Origin: an uncultured virus (IMG/VR IMGVR_UViG_3300037993_000206)
Taxonomy: Duplodnaviria > Heunggongvirae > Uroviricota > Caudoviricetes
Direction: 5' to 3' (one strand)
DNA length: 24,750 bases
IMG/VR virus record: IMGVR_UViG_3300037993_000206
Positions 8,453 through 16,518 of the stretch are shown here, one piece after another. The notes under the pieces were generated by a model. The model searched no databases and was not told where the DNA came from. It saw only the letters and a list, made by a program, of their open reading frames with translations. Position numbers and translations under genes: made by a program. Positions within the stretch are counted from its first letter, which is position 1. Each line of letters opens with the position of its first letter.

Positions 8453-8476
8453 AGGGTAGGCTTTAAAACCTACCCT
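8453..8476. terminator. Probable bidirectional terminator between the convergent arms
   Basis: Perfect stem AGGGTAGG/CCTACCCT with AT-rich flanks, in the 38-bp gap between converging stop codons. Confidence 0.75.
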
Positions 8477-8484
8477 TAATTATT

Positions 8485-8787
8485 TCACTTCAATATTTGA
8501 ACTATTCTATCCCAATCCTCATAGTAAACCACTTCTGCTATTGTATTAGGTAATTGCCCCAAAAGATTAATCCATTCTAATTGTGCAACAGATGGTTTAT
8601 CTGGTTTGATTTTTAATTCCAAAAATATTTGAAATTCAGCATGAGGACTAACCATATAAAGATCGGGAAAACCAGCGGGGCTATGAATTGACTTCCACCA
8701 ATATTGAACCTTAAAGCCTTTAAGTCGAGCTAAACCCACAACCATTTGTTGAAACTTTGCATGGGTTATTTTATTTAGTCTCGTCAA
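8485..8787 (-). CDS. VRR-NUC / PD-(D/E)XK nuclease (resolvase-like)
   Basis: SPAGFPDL…FLELK…PSVAQLEW; likely start TTG at 8787 after GGAGG (track start 8811 is in frame). Confidence 0.85.
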   Translation of the reverse strand: MTRLNKITHAKFQQMVVGLARLKGFKVQYWWKSIHSPAGFPDLYMVSPHAEFQIFLELKIKPDKPSVAQLEWINLLGQLPNTIAEVVYYEDWDRIVQILK

Positions 8788-9178
8788 ATTCCAACCTCCA
8801 GTACCATCCATCTTCTTTCTTAATTGCAGTTTGTTTTTTAATTAAATGCCCACGATATATTTGACCGGCGCACATTGTTTCATTTGGTCGAACACGATAG
8901 ATAGTTGCATCATCACTCCACCTGTAAGGCACATGTAAATATTGACAATTACGCCCAATAAAATAATCGTCCACATATACATCTGGTGCATGATAACCTT
9001 TTTCAGCAACTTGGCAAGCCATTGAACCTTTATGGGCATGGTCTAACCAATGTTTCTGAATGTCCTTACTTAAAACATGTGAATTATCCCAACAAAATTG
9101 CGACCAATCAAACTCTCGGCCAGGATAACCGCAAGCGGTAGAGTTATGCTTTGCGACTTTATAATCTTTAAACGCCAT
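8771..9178 (-). CDS. Hypothetical protein
   Basis: GGAG RBS, TAATG coupling to the upstream gene. Confidence 0.7.
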   Translation of the reverse strand: MAFKDYKVAKHNSTACGYPGREFDWSQFCWDNSHVLSKDIQKHWLDHAHKGSMACQVAEKGYHAPDVYVDDYFIGRNCQYLHVPYRWSDDATIYRVRPNETMCAGQIYRGHLIKKQTAIKKEDGWYWRLEFDETK

Positions 9179-9333
9179 TATTTTAAAGACTCCAAATACT
9201 TTTTCTCTTTATCAATAGCTTCGGATAGGTTCTCTATACCTAATTCAATATTATGTTTCAACTCTTTTAATGATGTTAGTCGTTTCTCCAAAAGATTAAG
9301 ATTATCTGTTACCGTTTCTTTCACAGTTCTCAT
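9178..9333 (-). CDS. 51-aa coiled-coil protein (not in ORF track)
   Basis: MRTVKETVTDNLNLLEKRLTSLKELKHNIELGIENLSEAIDKEKKYLESLK*; ATGA and TAATG overlaps on both sides. Confidence 0.65.
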   Translation of the reverse strand: MRTVKETVTDNLNLLEKRLTSLKELKHNIELGIENLSEAIDKEKKYLESLK

Positions 9334-9497
9334 TCTACAAACCCCAAAACAATTAATGTGATACCAACAATAATACGGATAACCCTTATATAATGGTCTT
9401 TATGCCATGTTTGGTTTTTATCTTTAATATAAAGTGAGATTGAAAACCATCCATCGGTCACATTCCACATACCGAACAATACTAACCATTTATCCAA
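9330..9497 (-). CDS. 55-aa membrane protein (not in ORF track)
   Basis: TTG start; MDKWLVLFGMWNVTDGWFSISLYI…HYIRVIRIIVGITLIVLGFVE*. Confidence 0.6.
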   Translation of the reverse strand: MDKWLVLFGMWNVTDGWFSISLYIKDKNQTWHKDHYIRVIRIIVGITLIVLGFVE

Positions 9498-12324
9498 CTA
9501 CTACCCCATTTTGAGAGAACATATCTTTCACATTTGCCATTAATTCGGCGAATTTTAAATTCTCAACCGCTACTTTAAAATATTCAGGTTTTAATTCAAT
9601 ACCAATAGCCTTACGTCCGAACTTTAAAGCGACATAAGCCTCACTACCAATCCCTAAAAATGGGGTTAGGATTGTTTCTTTTGGATTAGAGTACAATTTC
9701 ACACAACGCTCAATAGTCGCTAGTTGGAGAGGTGCCACATGTTTTTCGTCGTCGGCTGCTCTAGCGTTAGCAAATTGTAACGTATCTGTTTCTCTTATAC
9801 CGTCCCAAACACCATTCGCCCATTTAATCCATGTTTCATTATCAATATCACCATTTTTTACAGGCAAAACTGGACAGTCATTTTCACCATCTTTTTTAAA
9901 TAGTAATATTTGGTCAATTAATGCTGGGCGTGAATCACTTGAATCACGCCGGAGCGAAACAAAAAGTAATGCAGAACTATGTGTCCTAATCGCCTGGCTC
10001 TGCGGATTTTTTGGCACGAAGCATCTGCCATGTAATACCCATCCTTCTTTCTCAAACGCTCTAATAACCTCGCCTGGAAAATCTTTAATCCCAATATACC
10101 CATCTTTTTGTGCCATAGCAGGAATATCAGAAGTATGTACACACGCCAATCTACCTGGTTTAGTTACTCTTATCAATTCTTTAATAATAAATTTAAAGTG
10201 ACTAAAAAATTCAGTCCAATCTCGACTATTTCCTAAATCTCTTTCCGATGCTGAATATGTAAAAAGTTCGGCAAATGGAGGTGAAAATACACTCATATCA
10301 ATACAGTTATCGCTTAACTCTTTTAATCTCTCACACGAATCACCTAACATAGCAATAAAGTTTTCACCCTTTACTGTTTCAGTTTTATATTCAGATTTAA
10401 TTTGAGTATCCGATCCCAATTCTCCCTTTTCATAATCTCTTATTTGTTCAATTAAAGATGCTTTTAGTCGTCTAGCCATAGCATCTTTACGCATTACGTT
10501 TTGATAGATTTCAGTTTCAACATCATGTAAAATAAGATAAACATTTACGGGTTCTTTTTGACCGTAACGCCATTCACGCCGAATAGCTTGATAATAAGAT
10601 TCCCATGAATCATTTAATCCAAAAAATATCATATTGTGACAATGTTGCCAATTCATGCCAAACCCAAATATTTTTGTTTTAGTCAACATTATAGGTACAT
10701 TACCCTCACGCCATTCCGACTCTCTTTTTTCTTTTTCATCTGGCGTAAGAGAACCATACACACTAACACAATAATCGCCAAATATATTTTCTAAAAGATG
10801 CTGCTCTGCATCAAGTCCACACCACACTACCCACTTATTGTTCAAGATATTTAATTGCTTTTCTGAGTAATTCTGGACTATCTTTGAATTTTCCGATTCC
10901 GAAATTACAACTGGCGCATAGCAATCCACGGACAATGCCCGTTGCATGGTCATGGTCAACGTGGAGAGTTCCCCATCTATCTCTTTTACTTGCACTTGTT
11001 GAACCACAGATTGCACACTTCCCTTCTTGTTTATTAAAGATGGCATCATAGGATTCTCCGGTAAGTCCGTATTTTGATAGCCATTCTTCCCTTCGGTTTT
11101 TACCGTCCCGTTGTTTACGTGCTTCAAGTTCGTTTTCCCGATATGTTGAATCATTAGCATATCGTTCTCGCCGTCTGTCATTCCGTTTATTATTTTGTTC
11201 TGTTGTTCGCACGTATTTCCCCTTATGTTTAATGTAGTATTCGTGTTTATATTGTTGGTCTCGTTTAATTTGTTCTGGCGTTCTTCTATCATGCCATTCT
11301 TTAGATTGTTTGCGCAATTTATCTCGATTGGTAATATAATATGAGTGTCTATATTCTTTATTTGTGAATGGCATAATCTATCCTCATATATTAGATTAGA
11401 AGTTATAATATTAACACATTCTTTTAACTTTGGTAATATTGTATCCTTTCGTATTTTAGCCCTATCCCCAATTCCATGTAATTCTGTAAAAAATAATTGG
11501 TCGGTTGGCTTATAATCCGAACTAATGAAAATGGGTGTAATCTTTAATTCTGGCAGAATAAAACCATCATCGTCATACCCCAAATCAGATGGTTTTGTCA
11601 TTGTTATAGCCCACGAAGATAACCACTGAAAGAATGTTTTTTCAGCATGATGTTTTAAACGCCATTCAGTTCCATTTTTATTAGAACCTTTTTTACGATA
11701 CATTTTGCCTTCAATTTCAATCGTATGCTCTTTGTTGGCATTAATAAAGAAAGTTGCCAACATTTCAGACATTTTGCAAATACCTAAAAACTCTGTGTGA
11801 TTTCCTAACTCAATATAATCATTAGGGGCCGGAGTAGCAGTACAACACAGTTTATATTTAATTCCACTACATAACTCTGTAATTCGTTGTCGAATATGAC
11901 CGCCAACCGATTTCAAGATTGAACTTTCATCCAGAACAATCGCCCCAAACTTAGAATAGTCAAACGAATCAATCATTTCATAGTTTGTAATCCAAAGTTT
12001 GTTATCGCCAATAACTTCCGATTGACTACGAACATACTTAACTTCTAAATCTATTTCATGTGCCATTCTCACTGTTTGTCTGGCAACTGATAATGGCGCA
12101 ACGATTAGGGTATTTTCGCCCATTAACCTAGCCCATTCCAAAGATATGTACGTTTTCCCAAGTCCGGTGTCGAGAAACACAGCGGATAGACCTTTCTTTA
12201 AAGACCAAAGAGTTATATCTTTTTGCCAATCAAATAGTTTGGGGTGAATTAATTTTCGGTCTATAATTTTACCACAATCACCTACTTTATGTTGCTTAGT
12301 TGCAAGAAACTCTAAATATTCCAC
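9490..12324 (-). CDS. SF2 (SNF2-like) helicase fused to a beta-class N4/N6 DNA methyltransferase, with a ~190-aa insertion
   Basis: Helicase motifs DTGLGKT, LDESS, TATP, WVVWC, FGFGMNWQ, QAIRREWRYGQ; MTase catalytic SPPF before SAM-binding TPFLGIGS. Residues ~308-497 are the alternative-frame translation of the nested endonuclease. Confidence 0.9.
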   Translation of the reverse strand: MEYLEFLATKQHKVGDCGKIIDRKLIHPKLFDWQKDITLWSLKKGLSAVFLDTGLGKTYISLEWARLMGENTLIVAPLSVARQTVRMAHEIDLEVKYVRSQSEVIGDNKLWITNYEMIDSFDYSKFGAIVLDESSILKSVGGHIRQRITELCSGIKYKLCCTATPAPNDYIELGNHTEFLGICKMSEMLATFFINANKEHTIEIEGKMYRKKGSNKNGTEWRLKHHAEKTFFQWLSSWAITMTKPSDLGYDDDGFILPELKITPIFISSDYKPTDQLFFTELHGIGDRAKIRKDTILPKLKECVNIITSNLIYEDRLCHSQIKNIDTHIILPIEINCANNLKNGMIEERQNKLNETNNINTNTTLNIRGNTCEQQNKIINGMTDGENDMLMIQHIGKTNLKHVNNGTVKTEGKNGYQNTDLPENPMMPSLINKKGSVQSVVQQVQVKEIDGELSTLTMTMQRALSVDCYAPVVISESENSKIVQNYSEKQLNILNNKWVVWCGLDAEQHLLENIFGDYCVSVYGSLTPDEKEKRESEWREGNVPIMLTKTKIFGFGMNWQHCHNMIFFGLNDSWESYYQAIRREWRYGQKEPVNVYLILHDVETEIYQNVMRKDAMARRLKASLIEQIRDYEKGELGSDTQIKSEYKTETVKGENFIAMLGDSCERLKELSDNCIDMSVFSPPFAELFTYSASERDLGNSRDWTEFFSHFKFIIKELIRVTKPGRLACVHTSDIPAMAQKDGYIGIKDFPGEVIRAFEKEGWVLHGRCFVPKNPQSQAIRTHSSALLFVSLRRDSSDSRPALIDQILLFKKDGENDCPVLPVKNGDIDNETWIKWANGVWDGIRETDTLQFANARAADDEKHVAPLQLATIERCVKLYSNPKETILTPFLGIGSEAYVALKFGRKAIGIELKPEYFKVAVENLKFAELMANVKDMFSQNGVVVG
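10835..11374 (-). CDS. Endonuclease VII-family (His-Me finger) nuclease nested out of frame in the helicase-MTase gene
   Basis: KYGLT…Y…QEGKCAICG…LHVDHDHATGIVRGLLCASCNFGIGKFKDSPELLRKAIKYL; basic helical N-terminus; own SD GAGGA (11381-11385) 6 nt before the ATG. Confidence 0.93.
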   Translation of the reverse strand: MPFTNKEYRHSYYITNRDKLRKQSKEWHDRRTPEQIKRDQQYKHEYYIKHKGKYVRTTEQNNKRNDRRRERYANDSTYRENELEARKQRDGKNRREEWLSKYGLTGESYDAIFNKQEGKCAICGSTSASKRDRWGTLHVDHDHATGIVRGLLCASCNFGIGKFKDSPELLRKAIKYLEQ

Positions 12325-12546
12325 TTCGCCTAATCCTTTTAACCATCACTCTTTACCACTTATTTGCCTTTTCTAGTGGCATTAAATCGTTTTAAGGTAT
12401 CCAACTACCACCCCAACCTTTAACCCCTCTATTTTATTATGATTTCTAATAACGAAATTCTCTGACCATATAAAACATCGGGTAAAACTTTTTCATGTTA
12501 CTAATAAAGGATACATAAAGGAATTTTGACCGTAGAATGTAAATCC

Positions 12547-13014
12547 TTAAACTACATCATGGTTATTATAAGGGATTTTCTTTAAAGCAAGTTCCAAGAG
12601 TTGTCTGGGATTTAACTGGTAGACATTCAAGTAACCTTTTTCAATCATGCCTTGCCGGAAGATTTTAAGGAAAGTACCATGCACACGCTCCCAATGACTA
12701 ACTTCTAACTCTTTTACTACTTGTTTAAACTCCTGCCCTAATGTTTTAGGTTTTGCCTCTTGAGTTTTTTGTACTGGTTTTATAACACTCGGATTGAAGT
12801 GAGGATTAGGAACTTTCACTTTTACTTGTGGTTCTATTTTTGGCGCAACGACTGAAAGTTCTTGATTCGTAAACCATTGAATAACGCTATCAAATTGCAA
12901 CTGAAGTTTATGGTCGCCCTTATCCAAAACTGCAACAGATTTGGGGCCTAGTCCCTGTATTTCAAGTTTATAAGTTTTGCCTTTATGATAACTAGATAGA
13001 TTCTTTAATGCCAT
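12547..13014 (-). CDS. Hypothetical protein
   Basis: AAGGA RBS; 155-aa ORF in operon orientation. Confidence 0.7.
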   Translation of the reverse strand: MALKNLSSYHKGKTYKLEIQGLGPKSVAVLDKGDHKLQLQFDSVIQWFTNQELSVVAPKIEPQVKVKVPNPHFNPSVIKPVQKTQEAKPKTLGQEFKQVVKELEVSHWERVHGTFLKIFRQGMIEKGYLNVYQLNPRQLLELALKKIPYNNHDVV

Positions 13015-13038
13015 TTGGTTTATTCCTTCTCTTTATTT

Positions 13039-13710
13039 TTAAATACTATATGCAATAACCCACGGATTAAAAGCCCATGAATATTTTTTACCATTAATCG
13101 TATCCCATAATCCACTAAATAAATATGCGTAATTTATAGGTCGTGATATATCGGTGTATTTCAAAGTTTGAGGGTCATAAGGTTGATGAGTACCAGCAAT
13201 TAAATCTATCCCTTCTTCTTTTGCATCATTTTCTGAAATACTTTGTACTCGTTCGCACCTAACTTCCTTAACAAGTTTTAAAGTACGAATATCTTTATTA
13301 AACATAAACATCGCTGGCCGTTTATACCAACCAAGTTTAGTTGAATAACCTTTTTGAACATCAACCCATTTAGGTAGTGTGTCTGAATAATAAACTGGTT
13401 GTGGAGGATAAGTTAAATATGGCATAAATTTATAATGATTATCATCTGTTTCTAACCAAAATCCATTCACAAAATGGGTTTCTTTTATCGCCATTACATC
13501 GCCATAACTAAATTTAGCCTTACACGCAACTTCTCTACCACTTAGTTTGTTGTAAAATCTAGCCAAACCGTCTTGAAATACTGATACTAATTCCCAATCA
13601 TCAGGACTTTTATTAACTACTTCAAGCCCTTGTGTTCTACGAGTTTGGTGTTTCTTATCTTGTCGAATTTTTAAAGCATTTTCAGTTGTCATTAAAATAG
13701 GCTTTTGCAT
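13039..13710 (-). CDS. ASCH/PUA-like phage protein
   Basis: KPILM…KHQTRR…KET…RPAMFM…VRCERVQSISENDAKEEG…F..LWD.IN…NPWV. Confidence 0.8.
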   Translation of the reverse strand: MQKPILMTTENALKIRQDKKHQTRRTQGLEVVNKSPDDWELVSVFQDGLARFYNKLSGREVACKAKFSYGDVMAIKETHFVNGFWLETDDNHYKFMPYLTYPPQPVYYSDTLPKWVDVQKGYSTKLGWYKRPAMFMFNKDIRTLKLVKEVRCERVQSISENDAKEEGIDLIAGTHQPYDPQTLKYTDISRPINYAYLFSGLWDTINGKKYSWAFNPWVIAYSI

Positions 13711-13755
13711 TTATTAATCCCCTTGTTAGTTTGAAAGTTCATTTCCACTACCTTA

Positions 13756-13784
13756 ATTTTACCATACTAGACTCTTAATGTCTA
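13756..13784 (-). promoter_or_regulatory. Sigma70-type promoter with overlapping dyad
   Basis: TAGACA (13784-13779), 17 bp, TGG-TAAAAT (13761-13756); inverted repeat TAGAC-N7-GTCTA at 13768-13784. Confidence 0.55.
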
Positions 13785-15575
13785 CACTTGATTATCATTA
13801 TTTTCGGGGTCACAAGATTCAACTTCTGTTACATCTCCTTTAAATAAAAATCGAAAGCCTAACGGGTTCTGATACCCATTGAAAGGTGGTGTTTTACGTT
13901 GATATAATGATAATTTCAGTTCTTTTGCGCCCTGTGACTGTAATTTAGACGCTTCCCATATAGACCTCGATAAATTTTCATAGAAAGCATTACCATAAAC
14001 CGTCTTGTGTGGATTATTTTTATCTTTTGCAGTATGAGCAATAATCAACGGTGTAATCGGTAATTGCCTTAATGCACTAAAGAAATTCATAGCTGGTTCT
14101 GAATCATTTAAATTCCCACCAACTGCTACACCTAAACTATCAATAATAGCTGTATCGGCATTTACCTCACTGATTTTCTTTTGAATTTGTGGTAGACATT
14201 TGGCAAGAGGTTGCGATAAGTGTAAGTATGGAGTTTCAAAATTAGAAAATCCAAATCCTTTTAGTAAACAATTTCTTTGCCAACCTGTTGTTTCAGGGTC
14301 ATTTTCCCAATCTAAGAACAATACATTATGTTCTTTACCAATATAAAGTCCATAGGCATCTACTCCTAAGGATAACATAATACTAATTAAATTCATAAAG
14401 AGGCTTTTAGCGGAGCTACGGTCTGCATAAATTATGTTGGGATTATTTTTTATAAATAAGGGATGTACCAAATATTCCGGTCTATTAAAACCGACACTAT
14501 CATTAAGCCAAACAATTTGTTCACCATCCCTAATTTTGGATAAACAAATAGTGGTAATCTGATTAACTATAGTAAACCAATCGTACTTTTTGTTAATTTT
14601 CCCTAAGACTTTCACCAAATTATCTTTATGTCCGATTGAAAGTAAGTTGTAAGATGAAATATACATCGGTTTGTCTTTCTCATAAACTGCAATTTCAACA
14701 GAGTCATCATTTTTAATATGGTCAATACCAATTCGTAAATTCAAACCAATCCAGTAAAACTCATACCCACCACAAATTATCTTAAGAACTGGTTCTGGAA
14801 CACCATTAGTCGTAATTAATTCGATTGCTTCTTTCTCAATTAATGCCGCTAAATCATGGTTACCAGTCTCTACCCATTCGGTTAAATCCTTACCCATTGG
14901 AAGAATTAATATTTTAAGAGACTTCACCATTGTTTTTAAAGATTCGACTTGCTTATTAGTAAATTTTAATCCTGGGTCGTCTTTATCTGGAATTAAAACC
15001 ACAACCGCATCTTTAAAATAGTTCTTATATTCATCTTTCCAATCAGATGCACCTCCCATTGTTGTTGTGACATAACCTAAAAGTTTTCCGGTTAAAGCGT
15101 CCTTTTCCCCTTCCACGTAAACTACTAACTTCCCTTGTTTCAATCCGTCAATTAATTCAGGATAATCAAACGGAATACCGCCAGTTGCAGACCAAACTAC
15201 TTTACCATCTTCACCAATAGTCCTTTGTCTAAAATCCTTTTTACCATCTGGTTTGCGATATTTAACTTTATCATGGTGATAACTACCGTCTGCATTACGG
15301 TATGTATAAATATTTGATGGTATTCGTTCATCATCCTCAAATAAATCCTTATAAGTCAATCCTAACGCTTTCAAAAAATCATCAGTTTGGCATCCAGCAA
15401 AGCATTTAAATGAAATTCCATTAGAATGTAAACCTAAAGATGCGCTTTTTCCTTTATCTCCATGTTTATGATTAACAATACAAGGACATTGAATTTGAGT
15501 AAACGCACCATGCCTTTTACCGACTACACACAAAGATAATATTCTTTCGTATTTTTGACCTAAAGATTCCGACAT
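13782..15575 (-). CDS. Primase-helicase (Zn-binding + TOPRIM + RecA/AAA-like domain)
   Basis: CPC…H…CFAGC; VEGEKDA and PDKD TOPRIM motifs; C-terminal YADRSSAKS (atypical Walker A), LFLDWE, IIDS, IIAH. Confidence 0.88.
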   Translation of the reverse strand: MSESLGQKYERILSLCVVGKRHGAFTQIQCPCIVNHKHGDKGKSASLGLHSNGISFKCFAGCQTDDFLKALGLTYKDLFEDDERIPSNIYTYRNADGSYHHDKVKYRKPDGKKDFRQRTIGEDGKVVWSATGGIPFDYPELIDGLKQGKLVVYVEGEKDALTGKLLGYVTTTMGGASDWKDEYKNYFKDAVVVLIPDKDDPGLKFTNKQVESLKTMVKSLKILILPMGKDLTEWVETGNHDLAALIEKEAIELITTNGVPEPVLKIICGGYEFYWIGLNLRIGIDHIKNDDSVEIAVYEKDKPMYISSYNLLSIGHKDNLVKVLGKINKKYDWFTIVNQITTICLSKIRDGEQIVWLNDSVGFNRPEYLVHPLFIKNNPNIIYADRSSAKSLFMNLISIMLSLGVDAYGLYIGKEHNVLFLDWENDPETTGWQRNCLLKGFGFSNFETPYLHLSQPLAKCLPQIQKKISEVNADTAIIDSLGVAVGGNLNDSEPAMNFFSALRQLPITPLIIAHTAKDKNNPHKTVYGNAFYENLSRSIWEASKLQSQGAKELKLSLYQRKTPPFNGYQNPLGFRFLFKGDVTEVESCDPENNDNQV

Positions 15576-15578
15576 ACG

Positions 15579-15737
15579 CTAAACCTCATGCCAATCTGTA
15601 CAATCTTTTAATAGTTTAACCAAATCTGATTTATCACGGCAAGAACAATGTCGAAATTCTTGATAGTGATAACAGTTAAGACATGTATGACTCTTGAAAA
15701 TAAAAGTCTTAATCCAAAGAATTAGTTTATTTAGCAC
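15579..15737 (-). CDS. 52-aa Cys-rich protein (not in ORF track)
   Basis: GTG start; …HTCLNCYHYQEFRHCSC…DCTDW; fills the gap between genes. Confidence 0.5.
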   Translation of the reverse strand: MLNKLILWIKTFIFKSHTCLNCYHYQEFRHCSCRDKSDLVKLLKDCTDWHEV

Positions 15738-16518
15738 GGTTACTTCTTCCCTTAAACTCTAATTGATGCCCTTTCGTCATTTCGTAAAGTCTATCTGCGG
15801 TTGCAAGTCCAACATATTCAGCTAACTCCACTAATGATTTATTTGTAGTTAAGATTAAAGATGTTTTGTTATTATATCGTTCATTCACAATTTGGAACAT
15901 AACTCTTTGATAAAAGTCTAAATTATTCGGAGTGTATTTCACTAAATCATCAATACAGAGAATTTTATATTTATCTAATTCGTTAAATATATCCCCCTCT
16001 GTTTTCTCGCTATCAGATTTAAAAGTATCTCTAATTTTATTTAAGAGGGTATATTCCTCTAATACATAAATACCGTCTGCTATATAATCTATATCAACTT
16101 CATTCCCCATAAATTGGACATTAATAGCTCTTTCAGATAACGCATATTCTTTAATTGCGGCATACATCAAATGAGTTTTACCTAATCCATAAGTATTTTT
16201 ACTCCATAAAATCATACTAACGAACTCATTATTCTCATTTCTAAACCCATTATCAGAGATTTGTTTTATCGCATTGAAGGGAATTAAATTATCCTTTTTG
16301 TCATAATTGTCAAATGTTGAATCTATAAATCTATCTGGAATATTTAATTTTGCCAACACATTTTGCTTCATTTTTGAAATAACAATATTGACAGTAGAAT
16401 TTAACATGCCAAAATTGGAGTTTGTATAACCACCCGTGTATCTAATATTAAGTGGTTGAATTATATCCTTATCAATTACTGTGTTCGGCAAATAGGTTTC
16501 CTTCTGTAACTTTTCCAT
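15727..16518 (-). CDS. DnaC/IstB-like AAA+ ATPase, helicase loader
   Basis: IPDRF..STFDNY, GLGKTHL, LCIDDL, IVNERY, ILTTN, DRLYEM, SNR; directly downstream of the initiator. Confidence 0.9.
   Translation of the reverse strand: MEKLQKETYLPNTVIDKDIIQPLNIRYTGGYTNSNFGMLNSTVNIVISKMKQNVLAKLNIPDRFIDSTFDNYDKKDNLIPFNAIKQISDNGFRNENNEFVSMILWSKNTYGLGKTHLMYAAIKEYALSERAINVQFMGNEVDIDYIADGIYVLEEYTLLNKIRDTFKSDSEKTEGDIFNELDKYKILCIDDLVKYTPNNLDFYQRVMFQIVNERYNNKTSLILTTNKSLVELAEYVGLATADRLYEMTKGHQLEFKGRSNRAK

Noticed and set aside
670..9361. Antisense ORFs 670-894, 4310-4498, 4711-5073, 8026-8256, 9098-9361
   Set aside because: They lie opposite better-supported genes and have no RBS or motifs.
10834..11418. Intein or group I intron as explanation of the helicase insertion
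   Set aside because: The host-frame insert ends NILNNK-W, with no His-Asn followed by Cys/Ser/Thr and no splicing blocks. Only ~30 nt lie outside the endonuclease ORF, too little for a separate ribozyme core. Not excluded experimentally.
12325..12546. Gene or RNA in the 220-nt gap upstream of the helicase-MTase
   Set aside because: Only very short ORFs and no convincing stems or promoter consensus.
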